A stretch of 64,000 nt of DNA from an uncultured Peptococcaceae bacterium (GTDB lineage: Bacteria > Bacillota > Dehalobacteriia > UBA4068 > UBA4997), in NCBI GenBank assembly GCA_964569265.1, contig CAZMTO010000003.1, forward strand, positions 9,850 through 73,849. The letters are read 5' to 3'. This document shows, piece after piece, positions 29,209-41,055 of this stretch. The first letter of the stretch is position 1, and each line of letters opens with the position of its first letter. The notes beneath the pieces were generated by a model. That model worked only from the letters and a program-made list of their open reading frames with translations, was not told the origin of the DNA and did no database searches. The position numbers and the translations under genes are program-made.

Positions 29209-30375
29209 GTGTTTGATAAAAAAATGTTAAAAAATATTGACTGGCTGTTTGTGGTGCTGCTGTTTACATTGCTGGGCATAAGCCTGTTTGTGCTGGCGTC
29301 GGCATCGGGCAATTTGGTTAGCAACCGCCCGTATTATTACGTGCAGCGGCAGGCAGTGTGGGCATTGCTGGGCATTGCGGTGGCGGCGTTTGTCGGCTGG
29401 TTTAATTACCGGGACTTGCAGCGCTTTGCCTTGCCGGTATACTTAATATCTTTGGCGCTGCTTATAGGTGTGCTGTTTGTTGAGCCAACCAACGGTTTGG
29501 ATGCTTACCGTTGGTTCAGGTTTGGTTCGTTCAGCTTTCAGCCGTCGGAATTAGCCAAGCTGGCCATAATTTTAACCCTGGCGGCATATTTGGCCAATAA
29601 TCAAGACCGAATAAACGAATGGCGCGTGTTTATCGGCGTAATTTTGCTTACGGTGGTGCCAATGCTGCTTATTATGAAGGAGCCTGACCTTGGTACGGCG
29701 CTGATTTTTGGCTTTATTATGGTTATAATGATGTGGCTGGGCGGCATACCGCGGCGCCGCGTGCTGGTGCTGGTGCTTATTGCGCTGCTGCTGGTGGGTT
29801 TGGTGTTTGTAGACCTTTGGTTTGCTACCGACGGCTTTACTCATCTGGCAGAAAATCTTTCTCTGCCGCTGCCGATAAAAACTTACCAGCTAAACCGTTT
29901 GATAATTTTTGTAAACCCGGAAATGGATCCAACCAACACCGGCTATCAGATAATACAATCTAAGGTGGCCATAGGTTCCGGCGGCTTGTTTGGCAAGGGC
30001 TACGGAGAAGGCAGTCAGGTGCAGAACAATTTTTTGCCCGACCACCATACCGACTTTATTTTTGCGGTTATCGGTGAGGAGCTGGGCTTTATCGGCGGCA
30101 TAATGATTTTGGCGGTATACGTGCTGCTGCTGCTGTTGGCGGTGCGCATAGCACTGCGGGCCGCTGATATGTTCGGTACGCTGATAGTGTCGGGTGTGGC
30201 GGCAATGCTGCTGTTCCAAATATTTGTAAATATCGGTATGACGGTGGGACTTATGCCCGTTACCGGTATTACCCTGCCGCTGCTAAGCTACGGCGGTACC
30301 AGCCTGCTGATAAATATGCTGGCGCTGGGGCTGGTGCTTTCGGTAAATATGCGCAGCAAAACCCAACTGTTCTAA
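29209..30375 (+). CDS. rodA: SEDS-family peptidoglycan glycosyltransferase RodA (FtsW/RodA/SpoVE family)
   Basis: 10 TM protein with SEDS motifs, following minCDE as in Clostridia. The start could alternatively be the ATG at 29224. Confidence 0.8.
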   Translation: MFDKKMLKNIDWLFVVLLFTLLGISLFVLASASGNLVSNRPYYYVQRQAVWALLGIAVAAFVGWFNYRDLQRFALPVYLISLALLIGVLFVEPTNGLDAYRWFRFGSFSFQPSELAKLAIILTLAAYLANNQDRINEWRVFIGVILLTVVPMLLIMKEPDLGTALIFGFIMVIMMWLGGIPRRRVLVLVLIALLLVGLVFVDLWFATDGFTHLAENLSLPLPIKTYQLNRLIIFVNPEMDPTNTGYQIIQSKVAIGSGGLFGKGYGEGSQVQNNFLPDHHTDFIFAVIGEELGFIGGIMILAVYVLLLLLAVRIALRAADMFGTLIVSGVAAMLLFQIFVNIGMTVGLMPVTGITLPLLSYGGTSLLINMLALGLVLSVNMRSKTQLF

Positions 30376-30435
30376 AATAAATACCCTTTGGCATAGCAAT
30401 ATAACGTAAGTTATTTTGCAGCCGGAGGGTTTTTT

Positions 30436-31590
30436 ATGAAAATTTTGTTGTATAATTGCCGCGCTTTTGTTTTTATGCTGTTGCTGCTGCTGTGTTGGCC
30501 GCTAAACGCTATGGCCGAAGCTTTGCCGGATATTGATGCCGCTGCCTATGTTTTAATGTCGGCGGATACCGGCGAAATTTTGGCACAGTCTAACGCCGAT
30601 GCAAAGCGCTACCCGGCCAGTACCACCAAAATTATGACGCTGGTGCTGGCGTTAGAAGCTGTAGACCGCGGCGAGGTGAGCTTTGACGATATTGTTACCA
30701 CCAGTGAATATGCTGCCGGTATGGGCGGATCTCAGGTGTATTTGTATGCCGGAGAAACCAGAACCCTTAAAGAAATGCTGATAGCAGTGGCGGTGGGCAG
30801 CGGCAACGATGCTGCTGTTGCGGTGGCCGAACATATTGGCGGCAGCGTGGGCAATTTTGTGGATATGATGAATCGACGTGCTGCCGAGCTTGGTATGACA
30901 GGTACGCATTATGCCAACCCGCACGGCCTGCATGATACCGAGCATTATACCACGGCGCACGATATGGCGATTTTGGCGCAGCACGCTGTTAATGTGCCCT
31001 GTATGCTGGACTTTACCGGTATATACGAATACCGGTTTAGGGAAGAACCTAAGCCGCTGGTGCTGTGGAATACCAACCGCCTGCTAAAATGGTACGAAGG
31101 TGCCGATGGCCTTAAAACCGGCTATACGTCTGAGGCCGGGCGTAACCTGGCAGCTACAGCCAAGCGCGGTGATATGCGTCTGATATCGGTGGTTATGGGC
31201 GTAGAACCCAAGCAGGGCCATTTTACCGAAAGTATGAAGCTGCTAAACTATGGCTTTAATAACTACACCTATAAGCTGCTGTATGCAGGCGGGGCAGCCA
31301 TATGCAGCGTGCCGGTGCAAAAGGGGCAAATATCGGCGGTGGATGCCTATATTGCCGAGCCTGCCGGTGTGTTGCTTAAAGCAGGTGATGGCGGTGAATA
31401 TACTACGCAGATAAATGTTGCCGAGCTGCCATGTGCGCCGCTTGCTGCCAATGTACCTATAGGTGAGCTGCAAATTATGCGCAACGGTGAAGTGATAAGC
31501 ACCCTGCCGCTGTTAGCCGGGCAGGAGGTTGTTAAAATAGGTATAGGGCAGGCGTGGCGGCAAATGCTAAGCGAGGCGCTTGGTCTGTAA
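30436..31590 (+). CDS. D-alanyl-D-alanine carboxypeptidase (S11 peptidase, PBP5/DacB-like)
   Basis: Signal peptide. SxxK as STTK, SGN, KTG, and a C-terminal PBP5_C-like domain. Confidence 0.8.
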   Translation: MKILLYNCRAFVFMLLLLLCWPLNAMAEALPDIDAAAYVLMSADTGEILAQSNADAKRYPASTTKIMTLVLALEAVDRGEVSFDDIVTTSEYAAGMGGSQVYLYAGETRTLKEMLIAVAVGSGNDAAVAVAEHIGGSVGNFVDMMNRRAAELGMTGTHYANPHGLHDTEHYTTAHDMAILAQHAVNVPCMLDFTGIYEYRFREEPKPLVLWNTNRLLKWYEGADGLKTGYTSEAGRNLAATAKRGDMRLISVVMGVEPKQGHFTESMKLLNYGFNNYTYKLLYAGGAAICSVPVQKGQISAVDAYIAEPAGVLLKAGDGGEYTTQINVAELPCAPLAANVPIGELQIMRNGEVISTLPLLAGQEVVKIGIGQAWRQMLSEALGL

Positions 31591-31596
31591 GTGTGG

Positions 31597-31640
31597 AAAA
31601 AAATTGCTGCCGACCGTTTGCTTGGCGGCATTTTTTTGTT
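31597..31640. terminator. Terminator after the carboxypeptidase gene (TGCCG/CGGCA stem flanked by an A7 and a T7 run)
   Basis: Read directly. Confidence 0.5.
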
Positions 31641-31754
31641 TGTGGCGGTAACATAAAAATATCAGCGGCAAAATATCGGTGGCTATGGCAGGGAAACGGC
31701 AACTTGCGGAGAAATTTATATATTTGGACATTTAGGCGCAAAGGAGGTTTGGCT

Positions 31755-32264
31755 GTGCGTATTTTGGGTATAGACCCCGGCACCGGCATTGTCGGCTGGG
31801 GAGTGATAGAAAAAAACTATAACCGGCTTACGGTAATAGATTGGGGCTGCATACGTACCCCGGCGCACCAGCTTAATCAAAAGCGCCTTTGCGAAATATT
31901 TGACGGCATAAACCTGCTGATAAACGAATATAACCCGGACGAAATGGCCATAGAGGAGCTGTTTTATAACCGCAACGTTACCACGGTTATAAGTGTGGCG
32001 CAGGCACGCGGTGTGTTGGTGCTGGCCGCCGCCCGCCGCGGCATACCGGTGTATGAATATACGCCCCTGCAAATAAAGCAAAGTGTTACCGGCTATGGCC
32101 GTGCCGAAAAAAAGCAGGTGCAGTATATGGTAAAAAATTTGTTGGAGCTTGATGCTGTGCCCAAGCCGGACGATGCTGCCGATGCTTTGGCGGTGGCGGT
32201 GTGCCACAGTAACTGGCAGCAGGCTAACCATTGGCAAAAAAATACCGCAGAAAATCTGGTGTAG
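31755..32264 (+). CDS. ruvC: Crossover junction endodeoxyribonuclease RuvC
   Basis: N-terminal RILGIDPGT. GTG start 9 nt after AAGGAGG. The upstream extension in the ORF track is not coding. Confidence 0.85.
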   Translation: MRILGIDPGTGIVGWGVIEKNYNRLTVIDWGCIRTPAHQLNQKRLCEIFDGINLLINEYNPDEMAIEELFYNRNVTTVISVAQARGVLVLAAARRGIPVYEYTPLQIKQSVTGYGRAEKKQVQYMVKNLLELDAVPKPDDAADALAVAVCHSNWQQANHWQKNTAENLV

Positions 32265-32307
32265 ATGGGTTAGTTTATTTGACTTGGTATTTTACGGAGG
32301 TAATTTG

Positions 32308-32937
32308 ATGATTGCATATTTAACCGGTACGGTTATAGATGTTGCCGAAGACAGTATTGTGTTGCTGTGCGGCGGGGTGGGGTATCTGGTGTTTGTGCCG
32401 CTTAACCGTTTGGCAGATTTACCGGCGGTTGGTGATGATTTGGCACTGTACACCTATATGCAGCTTACCAATCAGCCGGGCACGCAGGGCATAAGCCTGT
32501 TTGGCTTTGTAGAAAAACGTGAGCTTAAGCTGTTTAATCTGCTTACCGGTGTAAGCAGTATAGGCGCCAAAACCGCATTGGCCGCACTTAACAGCCTTAG
32601 CTATGCCGAACTGGTGGGCGCGGTGCAAATGGGCAATGTGCAAACGCTTATGCGCATACCCGGTGTCGGTAAAAAATCGGCGGAACGTATTTTGCTGGAG
32701 CTTAAAGACAAAATTATGAAGCTTGAGCCGGAATATGCCCCGGCAGCAGCGGCAACCCCGGCGGTAAATAATCTGGCGGATAATTTGCGTAAAACTGCGG
32801 CTATGGCGCTTACGCAGTTGGGCTATGCACAAAGCACCGCTGCCGGTTATGTAGATGCCGTGTGTGCCGATATGCCCGACGATGCTGCCCTGGAGGATAT
32901 TATTACTGCAGCCTTGCAGTTGGCTGCACGCGGATAG
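32308..32937 (+). CDS. ruvA: Holliday junction DNA helicase subunit RuvA
   Basis: MIAYLTG start after GGAGG, with HhH motifs (IPGVGKKSAERI). Confidence 0.85.
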   Translation: MIAYLTGTVIDVAEDSIVLLCGGVGYLVFVPLNRLADLPAVGDDLALYTYMQLTNQPGTQGISLFGFVEKRELKLFNLLTGVSSIGAKTALAALNSLSYAELVGAVQMGNVQTLMRIPGVGKKSAERILLELKDKIMKLEPEYAPAAAATPAVNNLADNLRKTAAMALTQLGYAQSTAAGYVDAVCADMPDDAALEDIITAALQLAARG

Positions 32938-32949
32938 GAGGTATGACAG

Positions 32950-34047
32950 ATGGAAACCGAAATCGGCAAAAACGTATTTTCTAATCGTCAGCCTGATAAA
33001 ACCAACAGGGCAGAGGATAAACGTGTGGTATCGGCAGCACCTAATATGGAGGATATAGCCGCTGAGCCTAACTTTAGGCCGCAAACCTTTGGTGACTATA
33101 TTGGTCAGGCGCGGGTAAAGGATAATATGCAGATATTTATTCAGGCGGCAAGGGCGCGCGGTGAAGCACTTGACCATATTTTGCTGTATGGCCCGCCGGG
33201 TTTGGGCAAAACCACGCTGGCCAACATCATTGCCAACGAGCTGGGCGTTAATTTAAAGGTAACATCCGGCCCGGCTATTGAACACGCCGGTGATTTAGCT
33301 TCGATACTTACCAGCCTGGCCCCCAACGATGTTTTGTTTATTGACGAAATACACCGCCTGAACCGTGCTGTAGAAGAAATTTTGTACCCGGCAATGGAGG
33401 ATTTTCATATTGATATTATGATGGGTAAAGGCCCCGGTGCGCAGACTATTCACCTGCCGCTGGCGCCGTTTACGCTGGTGGGTGCCACCACGCGTGTAGG
33501 TATGCTTACTGCCCCCCTAAGAGATCGTTTTGGTGTTATAAGCCGGTTAGAATATTACACGCCGGACGAGCTGTTGATGATTGTTAAGCGCAGCGCCGTG
33601 CTGTTAAAGGTGGATATTACCGACGAAGGTGCGCGGGAAATTGCCGGCAGATCGCGCGGTACGCCGCGTATTGCCAACCGTATTTTGCGCCGCGTGCGGG
33701 ATGTTGCCTGCGTTAAGGGTAACGGCGTTATTGACGGCACAATGGCCAATTTTGCGCTTGAGCTGTTGGAAATTGACCGCCTTGGTTTGGATAAAACCGA
33801 TAAAAAAGTGCTGACGGCGCTGATAGAAACCTTTGGCGGCGGCCCCGTTGGCCTTGATACCATAGCGGCTACCATCAGCGAATCGGCGGATACGATATTT
33901 GATGTGTGCGAGCCGTATTTGTTGCAGTTAGGCTTTTTAAACCGCACACCACGCGGCCGTATGGCCACTGCCGAGGCATACCGCTATTTGGGCGTGGAAC
34001 CGCCGGCAGGCAAAAGCTTTGAAGCTAATTTGTTTACTGCTGATTAA
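32950..34047 (+). CDS. ruvB: Holliday junction DNA helicase RuvB
   Basis: AAA+ Walker [10 protein letters not shown] and Walker B FIDEIHR. Confidence 0.9.
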   Translation: METEIGKNVFSNRQPDKTNRAEDKRVVSAAPNMEDIAAEPNFRPQTFGDYIGQARVKDNMQIFIQAARARGEALDHILLYGPPGLGKTTLANIIANELGVNLKVTSGPAIEHAGDLASILTSLAPNDVLFIDEIHRLNRAVEEILYPAMEDFHIDIMMGKGPGAQTIHLPLAPFTLVGATTRVGMLTAPLRDRFGVISRLEYYTPDELLMIVKRSAVLLKVDITDEGAREIAGRSRGTPRIANRILRRVRDVACVKGNGVIDGTMANFALELLEIDRLGLDKTDKKVLTALIETFGGGPVGLDTIAATISESADTIFDVCEPYLLQLGFLNRTPRGRMATAEAYRYLGVEPPAGKSFEANLFTAD

Positions 34048-34080
34048 AACACAAAAGCACATTTGCAAGGAGGTATGCTG

Positions 34081-34695
34081 ATGAAGCTGTTACTGCATTG
34101 CTGCTGCGGGCCGTGCAGCGTTATGCCCATAAAGCTGCTGCGGCAGGCCGGCATAGAACCCAGCACCTTTTTTTATAATCCCAATATTCACCCCTACCGG
34201 GAATATAAGCTGCGCCGCAATGCTTTTAGAGAATATATGGAGCAGGAACGTGTAAGCTTTGCTATGCTGGATGATTATAATATGGAAGATTTTTTGGCTA
34301 ACGTAGCTCAAGTTCCCTTGGCGCGCTGCGGCTATTGCTATAGCTCTCGGCTGCGGCAAACAGCTAAATTTGCGGCAGAACACGGCTTTGAGGCAATATC
34401 TACCAGCCTGCTGGTTAGCCCTTACCAAAAGCACGAGCTGATAAAGCTGGAGGGTGAAAAGGCCGCGGCAGAATACGGGCTTAGCTTTTATTATCAGGAT
34501 TTCAGGCCGTATTTTAGAGAAGGACAGGAGATTGCACGCGCAGCAGGTTTGTATATGCAGGGCTACTGCGGCTGTATCTACAGCGAAAAAGACCGTTATT
34601 TTAAACCCAAAGCCCAACCGCTGATATTGGACAATAAGTGGCAAAAAGCCGAAAATTTAAAGAATAAGCAAAAACCTAAACAGTCAGAAGAATAA
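34081..34695 (+). CDS. queH: Epoxyqueuosine reductase QueH (DUF208)
   Basis: LLHCCCGPCS cysteine cluster at the N-terminus. Start at ATG 34081 after aggagg. Confidence 0.75.
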   Translation: MKLLLHCCCGPCSVMPIKLLRQAGIEPSTFFYNPNIHPYREYKLRRNAFREYMEQERVSFAMLDDYNMEDFLANVAQVPLARCGYCYSSRLRQTAKFAAEHGFEAISTSLLVSPYQKHELIKLEGEKAAAEYGLSFYYQDFRPYFREGQEIARAAGLYMQGYCGCIYSEKDRYFKPKAQPLILDNKWQKAENLKNKQKPKQSEE

Positions 34696-34708
34696 AACAG
34701 GGTAGTTT

Positions 34709-36118
34709 ATGCAAAAAACATTGCTTTTAATACATAAAAAACTTAATATGTGCCTGTTGCTGCTGGTGCTTTTTGGTTTGCTGCCGGGTTGTGCCGCGGC
34801 AACCGATATCCGTGTGTGCCTGCAAACCTCAACGGCTGCGGCTGAATTTACCGTTATCAGCGGTGAATACAGCGTGCAGGGCGGCAGCTTAAAGCAGCAG
34901 GAGCTTGCAACAGCCGTTGCGGGTGATGTCATAAAGATAAACAAAGAAGCTGCCGGCTTTACGGTTTATCTTAATGGGCAAAACATCGGCTCGTCGGCAC
35001 TTAGTATGCTGCTGTTGGCCACCGATGATGATTGTGTAATGCAATACGGCACCCGGCAGTATCGCGGCAGTTTTTCTCTGCTTACCAACGGCTATTTGCT
35101 TAATGTGCTGGATATTGAGCATTACCTTTACGGTGTGGTAGGTGAAGAAATAGGCTACAACGTTGATTTTGAGGCACTGCGGGCGCAGGCTATTGTGGCG
35201 CGGTCTTATGCGGCGTTTAATATGGGCAGCACCTATTATGATGTTTCGGCGGGGACAGCCAGCCAGGTTTACGGCGGCTACACTGCCGAAAGCAGCCACA
35301 GCAGCGCGGCGGTGCGCCGGGCAGTAGATGATACCGAGGGGCTGGTAATGTATTGGGACGGTGACATTGTAGAAGCGGTGTTTGCCAGCAACGCCGGCGG
35401 CTATACCGAAGCTAACGAAAACGTTTGGGGCGGTGCGGCAATGCCGTATTTAAGGGCGGTAAAATCGCCGTATGATGAAGAATACCCCTTTTATGAATGG
35501 TCGATTACATATACACCGGCACAGTTAAAAAGCCTGGCCGAAACCTATATGAGCCGCATTAAGCAAACCGGCAGCTTTGGCAGCTTTGTACGGCTGGAGG
35601 TTTCTTACAGCGGGGCAGACGGCAACGACACAGAGTCCGGGCGGGTAACCAAAGCTACCATTTACGGCACCGAAGCTGCGGTAACTGCCGAACGTGATGC
35701 CGTGCGCACTATGCTGGGGCTTAAAAGCACGCTGTTTACCATTGACGGCAGCGATAATGCGGCAGCCCCCCTTGATGAGGTTTATGTTTTGGATGCGGCA
35801 GGCAATTTGGTGCAGCGTAGTTGGCAGGATCTTTGTGCTATTGGTGCCGGCGGCGAACAGGCTATGCAGCGGCTGGTTAACCTTGCTGCTGCTTATATGC
35901 GCAGCAGCACCGGCCTTGCTGCGTTTAACGGTGGTAAAATAAGCGCCGGCAGCGGCAACACGGTGGTTATAAATGGGCGCGGCAACGGCCACGGTGTGGG
36001 GCTTAGCCAGTATGGTGCCATTGGTATGGCCAAAGACGGTTATACGGCCGAAGAAATTTTGCTGCATTATTACGGCGGTGACGAGCCGGAATTATTACAA
36101 ATTGACTATTTAGACTAA
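34709..36118 (+). CDS. SpoIID/LytB-domain protein (lytic transglycosylase-like, sporulation stage II D family)
   Basis: Signal peptide, then a SpoIID domain (AQAIVARSYA, VFASNAGGYTE). Confidence 0.7.
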   Translation: MQKTLLLIHKKLNMCLLLLVLFGLLPGCAAATDIRVCLQTSTAAAEFTVISGEYSVQGGSLKQQELATAVAGDVIKINKEAAGFTVYLNGQNIGSSALSMLLLATDDDCVMQYGTRQYRGSFSLLTNGYLLNVLDIEHYLYGVVGEEIGYNVDFEALRAQAIVARSYAAFNMGSTYYDVSAGTASQVYGGYTAESSHSSAAVRRAVDDTEGLVMYWDGDIVEAVFASNAGGYTEANENVWGGAAMPYLRAVKSPYDEEYPFYEWSITYTPAQLKSLAETYMSRIKQTGSFGSFVRLEVSYSGADGNDTESGRVTKATIYGTEAAVTAERDAVRTMLGLKSTLFTIDGSDNAAAPLDEVYVLDAAGNLVQRSWQDLCAIGAGGEQAMQRLVNLAAAYMRSSTGLAAFNGGKISAGSGNTVVINGRGNGHGVGLSQYGAIGMAKDGYTAEEILLHYYGGDEPELLQIDYLD

Positions 36119-36173
36119 AATGTGCTATATTTATATAATATGTTTAATGCTGATGTAAGTGAGAGGTTAAATT

Positions 36174-37196
36174 ATGAAGCTTGAAGATTTTGTGTATGAC
36201 CTGCCGGAGCGTTTGATAGCTCAAACCCCGGTAGAACCGCGTGACCATTCGCGTTTGCTGGTGTTAAACCGCCGGGACGGCAGCATTGATCACCGGCATT
36301 TTTATGATCTGCCGGAATATTTAAACCCCGGTGATGTGTTGGTTATCAACAAAACGCGCGTTCTGCCTGCGCGCCTTTATGCCAAACGTGCTACCGGCGG
36401 TGTGGTAGAGGTTTTGCTGGTGCAGCAGGTGGATATGAACCACTGGAAGGCGTTGGTAAAGCCCGGGCGCAAAGCCAAGCCCGGCGAAACCCTGCTGTTT
36501 GACGATAACCTTTTAACCGGCCACGTAGAAGAAGTGGTAGAGGAGGGTATGCGGCTTATACGCTTTGAATATGAAGGCAATTTTATGGAAATTTTGGATA
36601 AGCTGGGCACTATGCCCCTGCCGCCTTATATTCACGAGCAGCTTAAAGACCAGGAGCGCTACCAGTGTGTTTATGCCAAAGACCCCGGTTCGGCGGCGGC
36701 ACCCACAGCCGGCCTGCATTTTACCGATGAGCTGCTGGACAAAATACGTGCCAAGGGCGTTAATATTGCCGAAGTTTTGCTTAATGTCGGTTTGGGGACT
36801 TTTAGACCGGTAAAGGTAGAAAATATCGAAGAACACCAGATGCATTCGGAATATTACGAGATAGACGAGGCTACCGCCAAGCTTATAAACGATTGCCGTG
36901 CCAACGGCGGGCGTATTATAAGTGTAGGCACCACCAGCACCCGTACGCTGGAAACCGTAAGCACCGATGACGGTGTTGTACACGCAGGCAGCGGCTGGAC
37001 GCAAAAATTTATTTATCCCGGCTACCGCTACAAGGCCGTAGATTCTCTGGTGACCAATTTTCATCTGCCAGGCAGCACCCTTATGATGCTGGTTTCGGCC
37101 TTTGCTACCCGCGAAATGATAATGGATGCTTATAAAGTAGCAGTAGATGACGAATATCGCTTTTTCAGCTTTGGCGATGCTATGCTGATATTATAA
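36174..37196 (+). CDS. queA: S-adenosylmethionine:tRNA ribosyltransferase-isomerase
   Basis: N-terminal [14 protein letters not shown] and full QueA length. Confidence 0.9.
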   Translation: MKLEDFVYDLPERLIAQTPVEPRDHSRLLVLNRRDGSIDHRHFYDLPEYLNPGDVLVINKTRVLPARLYAKRATGGVVEVLLVQQVDMNHWKALVKPGRKAKPGETLLFDDNLLTGHVEEVVEEGMRLIRFEYEGNFMEILDKLGTMPLPPYIHEQLKDQERYQCVYAKDPGSAAAPTAGLHFTDELLDKIRAKGVNIAEVLLNVGLGTFRPVKVENIEEHQMHSEYYEIDEATAKLINDCRANGGRIISVGTTSTRTLETVSTDDGVVHAGSGWTQKFIYPGYRYKAVDSLVTNFHLPGSTLMMLVSAFATREMIMDAYKVAVDDEYRFFSFGDAMLIL

Positions 37197-37213
37197 TAAA
37201 TATTAAGAGGTGA

Positions 37214-38320
<1,107 letters not shown>

Positions 38321-38404
38321 GCAGGAATTTAAAATTTTAGAGCGAAATTCTATAAGGTTATGGCAATCTATGCTAAAAATTTTTGAAAAGGTGGTATTAT
38401 TTTT

Positions 38405-38701
38405 ATGGAATCTATGGGTGGCAGCGCTCTGTATACGGTTGGTTATATTGCGTTAATGGTGTTTTTGTTTTACTTTTTGTTAATAAAACCGCAGCAAAAA
38501 GTACAAAAAAAGCGCAATGATATGATGACTAATCTTAGTGTAGATGACAAAGTGGTTACGGTTGGCGGTATTGTTGGCATTGTAACCGAAATTATGGACG
38601 ACAGCATTTGGCTGGAGGTTAGTGACGGTGTGGATATCGAGGTTAAAAAATCGGGTATTGCTGCCGTTATTAACGATACCGACACAAAAGCGGCCGAATA
38701 A
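38405..38701 (+). CDS. yajC: Preprotein translocase subunit YajC
   Basis: Single TM followed by the conserved PQQKVQKKR and VVTVGGIVG motifs. Confidence 0.85.
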   Translation: MESMGGSALYTVGYIALMVFLFYFLLIKPQQKVQKKRNDMMTNLSVDDKVVTVGGIVGIVTEIMDDSIWLEVSDGVDIEVKKSGIAAVINDTDTKAAE

Positions 38702-38753
38702 TTTTGGCGAACAATAAATTATTGTTTTTATTTTTTAAGGAGGCTTTTGTTTG

Positions 38754-39998
38754 ATGAAAAAGGGAGGATTATGGCTTACTCTTTTTATGGCAGCACTTAT
38801 AGTTGTAGCAGCCTGTTCGTTTGGTTATCTAAGAGATAACATAAACCTGGGCCTGGACTTGCAGGGTGGCGCCGAAGTGGTGTTGCAGGCAATACCGGAG
38901 GAGGGCCAGACGGTTTCCGGCGAAGATATGACGGCTTTGCAGGAAATTATGCGTAATCGTGTTGACAGTATGGGTGTGTCGGAGCCTATAATTCAGTTAG
39001 AAGGCGATGACCGTATTGTTATTCAGTTGGCCGGTGTTGATAACCCGGACGATGCTATTGAGTTGTTGGGGCGTACTGCCAAGTTAGAATTTATTGCGCC
39101 CAACGGCGAGGTTATACTTACCGGTTCGGAGCTGAAAAATGCTTACGGTTCTCGTAACACCGGCGCACGTAACCCCAACGAGCAAAACGTAATTTCGCTG
39201 GAATTTAACGAGGAAGGCACCAAAAAATTTGCCGAAGCTACACAGCGTTATCTTAACCAGCAAATTGCTATTTATATCGACGGTGAAATGCTGATGAACC
39301 CCACGGTAAATTCTGTTATCAGCAACGGTCAGGCGCAGATAACCGGCGGCTATACGCTGGAACAGGCTGTTAACGAAGCTGCCATCTTAAAAGGCGGTGC
39401 CCTGCCGGTAGACGTTGACATTATGAGCAAGCGTACCGTTGGCCCGTCGCTTGGTGCCGATTCTCTGCAAAAAAGTATGTATGCCGGCCTTATCGGTATG
39501 GGCCTGCTGCTGTTGTTTATGGTAGCATATTACCGTTTGCCCGGTGTTGTGGCGGTAATTTCTCTGGTGGTTTACACACTGGTGCTGCTGTTGCTTATGT
39601 GCTGGCTTAAAATTACACTTACGCTGCCCGGTATTGCCGGTGTGCTGTTAAGTATCGGTATGGCAGTAGACTCTAACATTATTATTTACGAGCGCCTTAG
39701 AGAGGAGCTGGCCAACGACAAAACGGTTCCGGCTGCTGTAACAGCCTCCTTCCGCCGCGCTTTGTGGACAATTTTGGACTCTAACATTACCACGCTGCTG
39801 GCAACTGTAGTATTGTTCCAGTTTGGTACCGGTTCGGTACAGGGCTTTGCCGTAACGCTGGCCGTTGGTATTGTTGTTACCCTGTTTACGGCACTGTTTA
39901 TCACGCATTATCTGCTTAAATGGTGCGCGCAAATACCTGCTTTGGCAAGCCGCCCGGCATTGTTTGGCAGAAAGAAAGTAGGTGTTGTTCGTGACTAA
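38754..39998 (+). CDS. secD: Protein translocase subunit SecD
   Basis: N-terminal TM, a large periplasmic domain, then a C-terminal 6-TM RND-like bundle. Confidence 0.85.
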   Translation: MKKGGLWLTLFMAALIVVAACSFGYLRDNINLGLDLQGGAEVVLQAIPEEGQTVSGEDMTALQEIMRNRVDSMGVSEPIIQLEGDDRIVIQLAGVDNPDDAIELLGRTAKLEFIAPNGEVILTGSELKNAYGSRNTGARNPNEQNVISLEFNEEGTKKFAEATQRYLNQQIAIYIDGEMLMNPTVNSVISNGQAQITGGYTLEQAVNEAAILKGGALPVDVDIMSKRTVGPSLGADSLQKSMYAGLIGMGLLLLFMVAYYRLPGVVAVISLVVYTLVLLLLMCWLKITLTLPGIAGVLLSIGMAVDSNIIIYERLREELANDKTVPAAVTASFRRALWTILDSNITTLLATVVLFQFGTGSVQGFAVTLAVGIVVTLFTALFITHYLLKWCAQIPALASRPALFGRKKVGVVRD

Positions 39999-40920
39999 GA
40001 TGATGCAGCGTTTTGAATTTGATTTTCTCGGTAAGAGAAAAATCTGGTATGCAATTTCCATTATCATATTGGCAGCCGGCTTAATATCGTTGATGTTCCG
40101 CGGCTTAAACCTGGGCATTGACTTTACCGGCGGCAACATTTTGCAGTTGGAATTCAGCCAGACTGTGGCAGCCGAAGATTTGCGCGAGGTGGTATCCGGC
40201 TACGTTGATGCCACCCCGACTATTCAGGAAAGTGACAGCAACACCTTCCTTATCCGCACCGAAGATATGTCGGAGGAAACCAGCCAGGCCCTGCTTGATG
40301 AAATTGAGGCCAAGCTTAGCACCTTTGACATTTTGCGTAACGAACGTATCGGCCCAGTAATCGGTAAAGAGCTTATAACCAATGCGTGGATAGCTTTGGC
40401 GCTGGCCCTGTTGCTGATGCTGCTGTATATTACAATACGCTTCCGCTTTAACTTTGCGGTATCGGCTATTGTGCCTTTGATGCACGATGCATTTGTAATG
40501 ATCGGTTTGTTTTCTATTTTGCAGTTTGAGGTAGACAGCACCTTTGTAGCGGCAATTTTGACAATTTTGGGTTATTCTATTAACAGCACCATTGTTATTT
40601 TTGACCGTATCCGTGAAAACCGCGATCTGCACCCCAAGCAGGACTTTAATTCTCTGGTGAACGACAGTATTAACCAGACACTGGGGCGTTCGGTAAACAC
40701 ATCTTTTGCCGTTTTGCTGCTTATTGTTTCGCTGTTTGTTTTCGGCGGCGATACCACACGGGCATTTTCTCTGGCGTTAATCATCGGTGTAGTTTCCGGT
40801 GCTTATTCTTCGGTATTTATTGCCGGGCCTATTTTAACTGATATTACCCGTTTGCGTGGCGGCGAAAAAATTACTACAACCAAAAAAACCAACAAAAAAG
40901 ATCCTAAAATTGTGGTTTGA
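39991..40920 (+). CDS. secF: Protein translocase subunit SecF
   Basis: FDFLGKRKIW N-terminal motif and a 6-TM bundle. The exact start is uncertain, with GTG 39982 or 39991 and ATG 40000 or 40003 all possible. Confidence 0.8.
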   Translation: MTKMMQRFEFDFLGKRKIWYAISIIILAAGLISLMFRGLNLGIDFTGGNILQLEFSQTVAAEDLREVVSGYVDATPTIQESDSNTFLIRTEDMSEETSQALLDEIEAKLSTFDILRNERIGPVIGKELITNAWIALALALLLMLLYITIRFRFNFAVSAIVPLMHDAFVMIGLFSILQFEVDSTFVAAILTILGYSINSTIVIFDRIRENRDLHPKQDFNSLVNDSINQTLGRSVNTSFAVLLLIVSLFVFGGDTTRAFSLALIIGVVSGAYSSVFIAGPILTDITRLRGGEKITTTKKTNKKDPKIVV

Positions 40921-41055
40921 TTTTTAACAAAAAGTAAATATTTTACCACACAGAGCTTTTGCCGGATTACCGGTGAAAGCTCTGGCAGTATAACGGTAAA
41001 ATTTTGCTGAATTTTTACAGTATGCAAAATAAAACAGAAAGGGTTTGAAACACTC

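Noticed and set aside
31554-31754. N-terminal extensions of the ruvC and ruvA ORFs (32149-32307 is the analogous ruvA case)
   Set aside because: The extensions have no RBS and contain the terminator/promoter region or the upstream gene. The conserved N-termini (RILGIDPG, MIAYLTG) begin at internal starts preceded by GGAGG.
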